From NCBI GenBank assembly GCA_973895155.1, contig OZ316892.1:29456932-29520931 (forward strand): a stretch of 64,000 nucleotides of DNA. The letters are read 5' to 3'. Within the stretch, counting starts at the first letter, position 1. Each line of letters opens with the position of its first letter. Source of the stretch: Marsupella aquatica (lineage: Eukaryota; Plantae; Marchantiophyta). The notes beneath the pieces were generated by a model, which was not told where the DNA came from, did not search any database, and was given only the letters and a program-made list of their open reading frames with translations. Shown here in pieces: positions 25,401-36,844 of this stretch. The position numbers and the translations under genes are program-made.

Positions 25401-26158
25401 ATGTTCTGCACATGTTCATGTTGACGGCGTTTGTTTAAGTTTATGTTCTGCACATGTTCACGTTGACGGCGTTTGTTTAAGTTTATGTTCTGCCCATGTT
25501 CACGTTGACACAGGACCACTTTAAGTTTATGTTCTGCACCTTTGTTTAATATGTTCTGCCAATGTTTGTTAGCAACATCTTACTGTAATTTTCTGTGATT
25601 CAGATTTTACAACACTGTATTGTAGCTGTTCAGAATAGAGAGCCAAATATGAGGGCGGACTTAATCCACATCTTTGATCAGCAATTGGCTATTGTTGAAG
25701 GAGATGACTACCTCACAGAACAAGCATTCTTGGCATCACAAGTCACACTCACCAAACTCAAAGCTCAACAACAAATCAAAGTGCTTTCAGGGAAGGCCAA
25801 TATAGGTCCTGCAGATGCATTTGTAAGGCCTATAGGGCTGACATCTAAGCGTCGCTTGGGGGTTATAGATATTTACCATGGGGGCAAGAGAGGGCACCAA
25901 ACTCAGACACCATCTATACAATATGATGAACGCCCGGTGCCATGTGCACTGCCTTCAAAGCGTAAAGTAACTAGGGAATCTAATAGACAACATCTATGTA
26001 GGATAGGATTACAATATCAGGAAGGCAAGCGACGGCGAAGAACTGCTAATTCGCCCTTGCCAGTAGTTCCAAACCGTGTTATTCATCTTGGAGGGGGTGG
26101 TAGAGATATTGACATGAATATCGATCTGAATGTTGTACCTCTGGAAAATGATGAATAA
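22485..26158 (+). pseudogene. MULE DDE transposase with SWIM finger; exons ~22485-22921, 23099-23630, 23960-24210, ~24333-24526, 24643-25262, ~25604-26158; disabled
   Basis: Motifs FWCSYGP, KRGCQCHFIAKR, LALDSTFATNKY (D1), FIIDCA (D2), CSWHV (CxxH), TNGAIEAWH (E) and the SWIM CDC...GNMCKH. In-frame TGA at 24206-24208 and an apparently mutated acceptor (TACAT) at ~24332. Confidence 0.9.
25310..25560 (+). repeat. 42-bp tandem array in the last transposase intron
   Basis: About 4-5 copies of GTTGACGGCGTTTGTTTAAGTTTATGTTCTGCACATGTTCAY; each unit carries the GTTTATGTTCTG motif. Confidence 0.92.
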
Positions 26159-26289
26159 TAATAGAACATACCCCTTCGTTGTAACCCTTGTATATGTGTG
26201 CGGCAAAACATTGACAATGAGTCTTGTGATACAGATTATTGCGAGTGAATGCAAAACATGAATATGACTCGGTCAAAAGTACCCAAAAC

Positions 26290-27062
26290 ACATGACAGAA
26301 CATAAACTCCTATGCCCATAATCCATGCCAGAACATAAACCCAAGTATGTTGATGACGGAACATAGACTACCATGTACATGTCGATGACAGAACATGAAC
26401 TACTATGTACATGTTGATGACAGAACATAAACCCATGACTTCATAAACTACCATGTACATGTTCATGAGAGAACATAAACTAGGTACATGTTGATGACAG
26501 AACATAAACTACTAGATGCATGTTGATGACAGAACATAAACCCAGGACCGAACGTTGATGACAGTTCATAAACCCATGACTTCATAAACTACCATGTACA
26601 TGTTGATGACAGAACATAAACTACTAGATGCATGTTGATGACAGAACATAAACCCAGGACAGAACATAAACACCATGTACATGTTGATGACAGAACATAA
26701 ACTAGATGTATAGAACGTTGATGACAGAACATAAACCCAGGACAGAACATAAACTACCATGTGTTGATGCTCTAACATAAACATGTACATGTTGATGAGA
26801 GAACATACACTAGATGTACAGAACGTTGATGACAGAACATAAACCTAGGACAACGTTGATGACAGAACATAAACCTAGGACAGAACGTTGATGACAGAAC
26901 ATAAACCCAAGTATGTTGATGACAGAACATAGACGGTATGTACATGTTGATGACAGAACATAAACTACGATGTACATGTTGATGACAGAACATAAACCCA
27001 GAAGTATGTTGATGACAGAACATAGACTACCATGTACATGTTGATGACTTGCAAACATAACT
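26290..27062 (-). repeat. Intergenic array of (AT/AC)GTTGATGACAGAACATAAAC units with short variable linkers
   Basis: Roughly 25 copies by eye between the two convergent stop codons. The core is the reverse complement of the motif in the 25310 array. Confidence 0.95.
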
Positions 27063-27276
27063 CAGGATGAAGCTATTGTTCAATATTGGTGAAGGCATGA
27101 CTGTAAGTGCGTGAACACACAATTTTGGCTACCATTCATAACCCATAGCATAAAAAGGGTGTAACACCATTGTGTCAAACTGTGGGAGGGGACAATCAAC
27201 CATTGTAACACCATTATATGGAAAATTCATTGTATTGAGAGTTGCCAAGAGGCAGTTCACTTTACATAGGAAACGC

Positions 27277-30200
27277 TTACACGAAGGCTACCGTGGACAC
27301 AGGATCACATTTCAGGAGAGGGAACTTGCAAACGTCATCTAGAGGCCCAATGCTTGGACAAGTCTGTCCCGAGGCTTTCTGAATTTGAAGATTGATGAGG
27401 GTTTGGCGATTTGCAAGTAGGCAGTCGACATGCCTTGGTAGAATTGGGATGCCATCCGGGCCCACCCACACAAAAAGGTACCCCGGCCATGGATGATCTA
27501 CATGAATAGGTCGAAAAGGCACAACAATTTTCCTGCGCCACAAAACATAAACCATTACACATACGGCTAGGACATATGCAAAACATGAATCAAGTGTTGA
27601 GCAGATTGTTACGAGCGAAGGGTGATTACCTTGTGTGATAAACCCAGTGCCAAATTTGAATGCTGTTGAAGGTCTTGCGCCTCGCAGCATGTAAAGGCAA
27701 CCAAGTGTTCCTACTGTATTTGCCTCCAACATTATAGGTGTCGATGAATGGAATACTAACCCCATCCACAACTAGGTCTGAATAGGGAGGAATAATTTTG
27801 GCCAGGTTGTCAACGTGATGTGTTATGATCTTGCCCAATTCTTGGGTCCATCTCATCTTAGTCCATGATTCGGGACCAGGTAGGGGTGCACTGGTGTGTT
27901 CTTCATTGAGGAAAGACACCTTCTTTGTCTTCTTTGCCTGTTTTTTGTGACCAGGCACCTTTTTCTTGCTAATGTGCTGTTGCTTTTCCCTTCCCTGCAA
28001 GAACATCAGGCATGACAATGAATTAGGGAATATAACAACAGCAAATGGCATAGAACAGGAAAGAACACAGACTGACTTGAGCCTCACCTTAATTTCCGAC
28101 AAGCGTTTCTCATATGCCTTCAGACGAGTTTCATGTGTAGGTTCTCCTCCTTCTCCTTCCTGTTCCTCTGCAAATGTACTCTCTTCTGTGGCTTCTTGGC
28201 TGTCTTGTTGTGAAGATACTTGTTGTGAAGCTTCTTGTTGGGCCCCATCTTCTGAGGGCCCATCTCCTGGGACACCATCATCCTCGGGCCCGTCTTCTGT
28301 GGCCCCATCTTCTTCATCCCCATCATCTTGGGCCCCATCTTCTGTCTCCCCATCTTCTGTGGCAGGATCATCTTCTGTCTCCCCATCTTCTGTGGCAGGA
28401 TCATACTTTGCCTTGTCATCTTGGGCCCCATCATGTTGGGCCCCATCTTCTGTCTCCCCATCAGAATTTTCCTTGTCTTCTGTGGCCCCATCATCATCAT
28501 CCTCTCCAACCTGTTCTTGCGAAGCATGCTCACTAGTGGCATCCTCTGCCCCATCTTCTGTGGCCCCATCAATGTCTTTCCTGTCTCCACCCCTTTCAGC
28601 TTCATCATTTGTGTTGTCATTTGTCTGGAACGCGTGACAAACATCTTCAGCAGAACATAAACCAAAAGCCACAAGTAGAACATAAACCAGAAGCAGAACA
28701 TAAACCAGAAGCAGAACATAAACCAGAAGACATGCCTAGTATGAATGGCATAGGGAAACACATCATACAAAATTGCGATAGGATAGGAGGTCTTGGAATA
28801 AAGGCAAAGACAATGTGAGGTACATGGAGAGTGTTGTTGATGTTTTTGCGCTTTTTCTGAGTTGGTTCATGGCTGTTTGGTACACGCCTTCTCTTCCGTG
28901 TAGACGATCTGTCAGGACCTACAGCTTTTTCCTGCACACAAGTAGAAAGAGTCGCATTCCATAATACAAAGGAAAGAACATGAATTTGCTTGGAACATCA
29001 ATGTCCTTAATAGATAGCATATGAATGTGCCTAACCTGGCTTTCGATGGAGGTGTTCCTTCCCGGTGTGGCCTTGGTCCTAGACCTCAAGCCCTGTCTCT
29101 GTCCTTGTGTTTCAGAATTCTTAGCAGGCTTCTTACATGGGGCCTTAGCCTTAGCCTTACCCTTCGCTCTAGTGTTCGGAGGTGGGTCCTTCTCAACAAG
29201 GACATGCTTCTTAAATACAATGTTGTCAGCGTCCAAATCAGAGCGGGAAAGATCCAGTTGGGGCATCCCATCGTCACTGCTCCATTCGGCCACATCTTCT
29301 GGAAGCATTGCCTATGACAATCATGCATTTCATATGTCAAACATCACTACCGCATTAATATAGCAATACAACATAAAGTAAAATTCACATACCCTTCTCG
29401 ACAAAACATAACTACATTTCACGTACCCAGTACCGACAGAACATAAACTACAATGAATTTACCTCATACCGACAGAACATCAACTACATTGCACATATAT
29501 ACCTGGCACCGACAGAACATAAACTACAATGAACTTACCTCATAGCGACAGAACATGAACTACATATATATTGCACATACCCTAGCTCGCATCTCCTCTG
29601 GATCAATTTGGCGTCTATGATTTTTCCAGAAATCTTCAATGTTTGATTTCACAGCGTTGAGCAAGCTGGTGAAGCGTTTAGATTTCCTCCATGCATTGTA
29701 CCGCTCGATCTGTGGCCTTACTCAGAACCCATGTTGTCTCATCCTCATCCCCTTCATGAGCTAACTTGAGGTTATTCGCCCATCGTAGCAACCACGACAT
29801 TCGCTGTCGCTTGAGTTTCCAAACTCGTGCAAGGTAGGAACCCGAAGTTGACTCTTTGTTGTGAATCGTGGCTGCCGTACTCAGTGGATTCCTTTAGGCA
29901 CACACAAACCAAAGCATTCTCTGAATAGCAAAACATAAACCAGGAGTAATGAAATCAATCCATACCAGAACATGAACTAGTACTCGTGTGTGGATTGAAC
30001 GCAAAATGATCGAACCTCTGCCGTGCTGCCGTTTTGGGACGACCAACCGGACACGGTTCTGGATTCATGCGATGTACTGATCGCATGTGATCCAGAAAAG
30101 CCTGCTTCTTCACGAAGTGTTGACATGAGTCATCCGTCATGATTTTGCAAAGAAAACCTGACCCTAATGTTCTTCTGTGGGTTGGATTTTTAGCTCGCAT

Positions 30201-30308
30201 CCAATGTTCGTTCATCTTGGCTATTGGGAACTTCTCCCATTCTGACTCCGGTGGAACAGGAGGCTTCCCCTTCCTAGGCCCTACAGCACATTGCCGAGAT
30301 GGCGCCAT
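27277..30308 (-). pseudogene. Second MULE gene of unknown function (C2H2-like finger, basic and acidic regions, Trp/Pro-rich C-terminal domain); exons ~30308-30015, ~29891-29581, 29311-29036, 28931-~28823, 28624-28088, 27994-27630, 27532-27277
   Basis: GT-AG junctions join MAPSRQ...CKIMTDDSCQHFVKKQAFLDHMRSVH to RVWKLKRQRMSWLLRW...PQIERYNAWRKSKRF, then KRRR/KKRK tracts, DG(A/E)TED repeats, and WTKMRWTQELGK...IQIWHWVYHTR|KIVVPFRPIHVDHPWPGYLFVWVGPDG. There is an apparent frameshift near 29720. Confidence 0.75.
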
Positions 30309-30700
30309 TCCCTGCATGACAATACCACAACAACGTTGAGTAGAACATAAACTGTGAATTTGAAGCAAGGGTTGGGAGCGACATTGAAACAATCCATTTA
30401 ATTGGTAATACCAGAGACTCAGTACTCATATGACATGCAGCAGCGATCAACTGAATGAGTTGCTTACTTGAGCAGGATGTCCGAGTGAATTGTCGGGCTT
30501 GAGTTTCGAAACCGTGCGAAGGCGAAATGTGATAGAACCTAAACAATGACACAGTATTTGCAAATGAGGAAAAAACCGTTTGTAAAGCCTTAAACCCCCC
30601 ACAATGCAGACGTAGATTGCAAGGTGCTGAAACATCCGATGCTTGCAATGACGATCTCGTTCAAAGCAGTGGAATCACAATCCTGACGTCGTGTGCAGGC

Positions 30701-30975
30701 GAAGCGCGCTTGAGTGGTCTGGCAGGGTTTCGACAGCAGTCGACTATCGAGACGGGGCAGGGGAGGGGAGGGGAGACGGTTCGTGCTCCCGCCCGATTTC
30801 GAAACGGACGGACGACGGACGGAATGGCAGTTGTGGCGGTCGAAATCAAAATGGTAGAACATAAACCGAAGTCGCGTCGGGGAACGGGCAGGCTGCATTG
30901 GATTTCGTGACGGGCAGGGTACGGGGTGCCGCTAAACTTGGAGCGCATTAACGCAGCGTAGATTTAACGCAGGGT
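30701..30975 (-). repeat. Right TIR
   Basis: Reverse complement of the left TIR. Confidence 0.95.
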
Positions 30976-31733
30976 CACAGAGTAGCATCTGGTAAGTACA
31001 AGACTACAAGCTATCTTCGCGTCAGAAAGCTGGTTGAGAAGTGGGACCCTTGACCTCCTTGCAGTGATTTTTTTAGTGGCGAAAATTGGCCAAATTACAC
31101 CTCCCCAAAACAGCTTTCGTCACTTTTGGCCAACATTAGTTAGTATTTTTCTGTCTCATTAGCTAGTGTTACCTAATTACAGGCCCCCATTAGCCAGAAT
31201 CTAAGGGTCATCCTAAATTTAGGGAGATCTAAGGATAAAACAATCAATTAAATAATATTTTGAGCATTTCTCCTTCGCACAGAGGACATTGGCCACTTCG
31301 GTGAAAAAGTACAAACCAAAAAGTATAAAACTTAAAAAAACAGGCTGCCTCTTTGGTCTCATCTGGGTCTCTCCCTTTCCCTGCCCTTTATTGGGTCTTT
31401 TTGCCTGTCCTTTATTGGGTTTTGCCAGTGTGATCCTGTCTATTGCATCTTATGGAAGTCCTGAAAGGCACACAAACCTACCATGAGCTCAACAGGCGCA
31501 CTTGTCTAAATCACGTCCACTTTTTCCTTTCAAAGTAGAGGGGTTCTCTCGTTTAAAATCTCCTCGTTCGTGTACACCAGTTGGTCGTCCATCCGCAGAA
31601 AAATCTTGCCATCAATAATTAGCAGCGTCAGTGAAGACATTTTCAACGTCGCAATGAATCATTTTATCTACTACATAAGAAGCTCAACTGTGTGCTGAGC
31701 ATGAAAGCATGAAACCTTTCTTTGGGAGGCCTG

Positions 31734-32036
31734 TACAACTTCCAATTTCCCAAAATAAGAAGATTCAAATTCAGTGCGATTAATCCTTCAATGGTTCAAT
31801 TTCTGTAGCTATCTTTCGGGATGTGTACAACTTCCAATTTCCCAAAATCAGAACATTCAAATTTGGTGCGATTAATCCTTCAATGGTTCAATTTCTGTGG
31901 CTGTCGTTCGGGATGTTTACATGCAGTAGTGAAGTACAAGGATAAATCTCATCTGAGGTATCGAGAAACAAATTGAAATGAGTTTTGATAACGCAAGGAT
32001 GAACCTCATCTGAAGTATTGAGAAACAGATTGAGAT
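31734..32036. repeat. Two adjacent local tandem duplications (~92 bp x2 and ~57 bp x2)
   Basis: TGTACAACTTCCAATTTCCCAAAAT...CTTCAATGGTTCAATTTCTGT occurs twice; CAAGGAT.AA.CTCATCTGA.GTAT.GAGAAACA.ATTGA.ATGA occurs twice. Confidence 0.85.
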
Positions 32037-32415
32037 GAATTTTGGTAAAGAGACCAGCAGAGTATCGTGGTTCCCGGGGCAGCCCGAGTCATGGAAGAAA
32101 GCAGCAGACTGGAAACACGAGCTGGATGCGAAGAGGAGAGGACCGTCATGGCTCGGAAAGACAGCAGAGGATTTTGCTCAAATGGCCGAAGCCAGACTGG
32201 CTACCAGGCAGGCATCCTGGATCGGGCATAGAGAGAAGACGGCAGAGGATTACGCTGATGAAGCTAAGAAAGCGCTTCTGCAAGAAAAGTGGATTAAGTA
32301 CATAAGGAGAATGAGCAGGAAAAAGTCCTTTGGACTGGGTAAAGATCGGCCGAAGACCTTGGAGGAGATGGCAAGGGAACAGCATGAGAAAAGTATGGTG
32401 CCAGCTAAGATCTAA
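32035..32415 (+). CDS. Hypothetical W/K/E-rich repeat protein fragment
   Basis: Repeats SWLGKTAED, SWIGHREKTAED and FGLGKDRPKTLEE; the same repeat family occurs in the downstream ORF. Confidence 0.45.
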   Translation: MNFGKETSRVSWFPGQPESWKKAADWKHELDAKRRGPSWLGKTAEDFAQMAEARLATRQASWIGHREKTAEDYADEAKKALLQEKWIKYIRRMSRKKSFGLGKDRPKTLEEMAREQHEKSMVPAKI

Positions 32416-33381
32416 TTTTTCCTGTTCTCTGTGGAAACTTCCATAATTTCTTTGCATAGCATTGTAGGTAAGAGATTTATAGTTGACCAGGCTTTTGATT
32501 GTCTGGCGAAAGAACTCAATTTTATGTATGATCCTGGTGTACAATGGAATGTGATTAATTTCCAGTCTGCTATCGATCATTCGTACTTCACATTCCGAGG
32601 ACTGAGGTAGCTAGATATGCAAAGGAAACTTCAGAGAGGAGTTGAAATGTTAACTCGCACAGGGTTAAATGAAGATCGATCATTCATTAAACAACACGAT
32701 ACCTTGTTAAAGCTTGCACTGGCTGACACTGTTCGCAGCTCCAATAGCGGTGGAATTTCAATCAGGACGTTCGCATGTTGGTTAGGTTTTTGTAGATCCT
32801 CTCTAGCATGAATTGTAAGGCCGCTCTTCTGTTGGGCTACTATAGCATTTATCTTTGACAATCGTGAACTCCGAAGAATATCTTCATATGGGACCTTCTC
32901 GACGGCTGTGTGTTTGGTGCAGACCAATGAAGGACAATTTGGGAGGTGACATAGTAGAGGTTCAATGAAGACCAATGTTAGCTTGAGCCGATATACAGGA
33001 AAATTTCATGAAACCAACGTCTGGAACCAACACAAAATCTTTCATCCAGTATCCCAACCAACAATTCTCCTCCCTTTGACGTATTCTTTTACTTTGGGCA
33101 TGAAAATGATTAGGGTTTTCTTTCCCCTGCACTTACTTTTGACAAAGACACTGACAAAGGGCCATGCTGTAGAGCGCGGACATCCAGAGTCTGCATTCGA
33201 AATGCAATTTGAACTAACCTTATCGACACGAAGGGCTCCTGATAATAACAGATTACCCTTTTCCTCACGGAGGTTCATGTGCCTCCTCAAGTTCAACATA
33301 CAAACTAGACTATTTTGTAAGGCCCACAAATTAAGTCTATGGTCTGGGGACCTTGAGCAGGTCTACACGACAACTGGATAG

Positions 33382-34577
33382 TCTGGAAGAGAAGAATTTC
33401 TGCAAAGAGGGAATATGGAGCTAACATCGAGATCAGGGCCAAGACGCCAGAGGAATTGAGGCAGGAAGACAGGGACAAAAAGATGCAGCTGGGATGGATA
33501 AAATGGAAGCGAAGGCTATCAGCTAAGCGTGATTATGGACTGGGCCGGGCCAGGTCTATTACAGAAGATGAGCGGGAAAGGATGCGGATCGCCGGCATTC
33601 AAGAGAAAGGATGGATTCTGCCTTACATGTGTGATGCTCAGAAAAAAGGATGGGTGAGAAGGTACCGCGGGTCTCTCTGGAACTTTGACAAAGAGAAGAG
33701 TGCGTCCAACCTGCACAAAGTAGACCAAGCCATAGAAGCCAACAGAATCAAGCACCTAGAAATGGAATGGGTCAAAAACATCCGGAAGATCCAGTTGCCC
33801 AAGTTTGGGCTTGGCGATACAAAACCTAAGACGGCCGAAGAACTCGCGCAGGAACGAGATTGGAGCGAAATTGAGAATCAATGGGAAAGCCTCACGACGA
33901 AACGGATGAGGAAACGGACGGAATTTGGGTTAGGTCCCAGAAGGTCATTCACAGCTGAAGAGGTGAGAAAAATGGCCACTGACGAGGAGATGGAGGACGG
34001 CTGGGAGAAACACACAACAAAGGAAACGTGGAACGAAGCGGGCAAGCTGGTTTGGGAGCCGAGAATTCCCACTCTGGAGGAATTGGCACTGCTGAAGATT
34101 CAGATGGAGCAAGAGAAAAACTGGAAAAGCGCAATCCAGGAAGAAACTCTGCGTGACATGTTCCCAATCCGGTCTTGGCCATGGGAGCCCAAAATCAAGA
34201 CCGAAGAGCAGCTCAAGGAGGAAAAGAAGTGGCTAAAGCAGGAAACAGAGTGGCTGAAAGGCAGATCCAGCTACGATCAACTCCAGGAGGGATTTCCAAC
34301 GGTGCAAGAGCTAGTCATTGCAGACTTGGAGCAGGTGTGGGCATTGGAGGACATGGAAGCAGAAGTGAGAGAAGAGAGGAAAAAAATGCTGCAGAGCTTT
34401 AGACTACGTTGCCCCCTCGTGATTAGCAAGGAAAGTGTGCAGAAGGTAGGATCGAAAAAGGAGAAGCTCAAGGAGAAAGATAAAAAGGGAGAGGAGGAAG
34501 CAGAGTGGGAGAAGATCATGATGTACATCAACGATAAGATGGACATTGATTTTGAAGACGATGAAGATGAAGAGTAG
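33382..34577 (+). CDS. Hypothetical W/K/E-rich repeat protein (frame stays open upstream of the 33456 call)
   Basis: About 400 open codons with ~7 degenerate ~37-aa units (E.EW.K..RR....FGLG...PKT.EE) and an acidic tail. No initiator ATG is evident. Confidence 0.55.
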
Positions 34578-36589
34578 GAGTTTTTCAGCATAATTTGTGC
34601 CACTAAATTGCTTGGGTTTCTTGTTTCTTCTCTTGGGCATTGCTTCCCCCCTTGGACTGCCTGCCTAGTCCCTCAGAATTTTTATTTATAAAACAATCTT
34701 TCCAGGCAAATAAAATAAAATTGCTCGGACTTTGCTAATCAGTGTTCCTGGGCGGTTGAGGCAGCAATGTCCCAGTTGGAGACTTAGTTACAACACTATA
34801 TGTAGACCAGTAGCTCATCAAGCTATGCAATGGTGGATCTTTATCTCTTACTTTTGTGGTCTTCATTTGGGCTTTCCATTTGCCCTGTCCTTTTGAGTTG
34901 GAATTTTTGTCCTTTCTAGCCCTCTTGAGCTCTTACCCCATTGTACTTTGTTTGGCCCCTTTTAGTAAATTGGTCCTTTCTTCCTTGAGGCATAGTTTCC
35001 AGCCAAAAAAGTTTAAGGTAGAACTCTAGGATCCTTTGGACTAAAAAGAATTATTGGGAGCCATCTTACTTATAAATCTGCAACTACAACCTAGAGTAGG
35101 GCCTAGGCTTCTAGAGTGAAGTCTCCAGACCGTAACTCCATGGCTCATCATGTGGAATGATAAGAAAACTGATGTCTATGATATATGTCATGTCAAATGA
35201 CAATCATGACTACTTTTTGTTATGATTTTTATTTATATTAAAAACTGATCTCTATGGCCCCACCATATCATATGTGCATAAGTGGGATGTAGGATAGAAA
35301 AACTAGGGATGTGCATAGAAAAGAGTATTATGGTATGTTATGTCTGAATATTAAAATGATGATATGCATGATAATTTTTTTATCATTTCATTAACCTTCA
35401 AAATATGTGAATAAGGATATATTTTGGTGACATTTTTATTGTCCTCCCCGCTATTCACATTCAAAGAACGGGTAGTTGGGGCTAGTCCTTCCAACTTCCA
35501 AACAAAAAGCTTATTAAGGCTGGTGGATTGTAGAACTTTAGCATCATTCCTTTCTCCCAAGTTGAAAGGTTTAGTTCCTTCTCATGAGATGAGTAATTGT
35601 TGTTTACTAAAATGATAACGCTCCATCTCAGATTCAAACTGACAACCTGAACCCTCCAGTTAGAGTAAAGCTCATTGGCCAGCAAATGTACGATGTTACC
35701 TCCTATTTCAGGTTAATTGACAGCCGTTAATAGACCACAATGTTTGATGAGATGCTGGGATAGACTGTGAGAACCTACACGGACCACCTTGAAACATTAC
35801 CTTTACTCAGATATCACCTTTCCTTTGTATGAGTACTCCAATGTCTGGGTATTCAAACCTTGTGGTCCATCCAATATCAATTTCTAAAGTAGAGTAAAAT
35901 GGTCAATAATTGTCTCTCAAAGCAGAAACTCACAGAGTAGAGGAAAACTGGTGTTTGCAAAAATTCTGGGGCCAGCCCTCCAAATTTAGTTGCAGAGGTT
36001 GTGACTACTTTTACATTATTTTCATGGTAGTCAGATATAATGTAACCAACTTAGGGGCTGCTCTGATAGGCAGGAAGTTATATGTTGATTTTGTACAATT
36101 TATCCAAGGATATAGTATCTCTTGAAATCCTTGGAGATTATGTGGACTCTCACACTTATTCCCGTACATGCATAAAATATCCACCACGTAGGTACCCATT
36201 CCTACGTACTGAAAACTGTATACAAACTCTACCCAAAAGGTAACTTTCCCACAATGAAGGGGAAACCAATAAAAGGGACCAATAAAAGGGGCATTTGCAT
36301 TATCATTCTGACCAAGGTATAGTAGCCTAAAACACTTGCAAGAGGGAGTTTTGATGTAGGATGGTTAATATCCATGTTCATCTCTCACTTTGGAGCTTTT
36401 GGTGTTCTCCTCCCTACCTTCGACCAGTTCTTGCGGGCCTCTGTTATTTATTGTATTGAGAGGAGATCTTTCCCCCCTTTTTCTGTTCTCACTGCCTTTT
36501 TCGACAACGGGTGTCTGTGGCTCTTCAGCGGGCCCCAAACTTTCACCCTCCTTTGTAGGGCTGAGGCAATTGGTTTTAGGGCCTCCCAT

Positions 36590-36832
36590 CATGTTCAGTT
36601 TCAGGACCCTCCTTTGTGGTTTACTTTGGAGCTCTACCAGGTTTCAATTCTCTGTTATAGGCTCCTTATAGGCTACTTTTCCGTGAGCTTTTGGGTTAGG
36701 ACCCCTTGGCTTGTCTTTTATTGGGGCCCTTTCTCCTCTTTTCCTCCCCTTTATTGGGTTGGGTTGCTTTTGCCTTGGGATCTAGTCTTCCGGTTTGGCC
36801 TTTTTTTGCCCTTGGGCACCGTGATATATATG
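36590..36832 (+). mobile_element. Probable LINE-derived 3' tail abutting duplication block B
   Basis: Similar to 5530-5865. It ends in TGATATATAT just where RNase H upstream homology begins. Confidence 0.5.
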
Positions 36833-36844
36833 AACGATTGGAAG

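Larger units (their letters stand above)
21829..30975. mobile_element. Complete Mutator-like (MULE) DNA transposon, 9,147 bp, with two convergent genes
   Basis: TIRs read ACCCTGCGTTAA...TTAACGCAGGGT. Perfect 9-bp TSD CACAGAGTA at 21820-21828 and 30976-30984. Internal MULE/SWIM transposase. Confidence 0.96.

Noticed and set aside
26290-27062. CRISPR-like repeat/spacer appearance
   Set aside because: Linkers are short, irregular and related to one another, there are no cas genes, and the array lies inside a eukaryotic transposon.
27966-28770. Several overlapping ORFs of 110-223 aa
   Set aside because: These are antisense or alternative-frame shadows of the acidic repeat exon of MULE gene 2.
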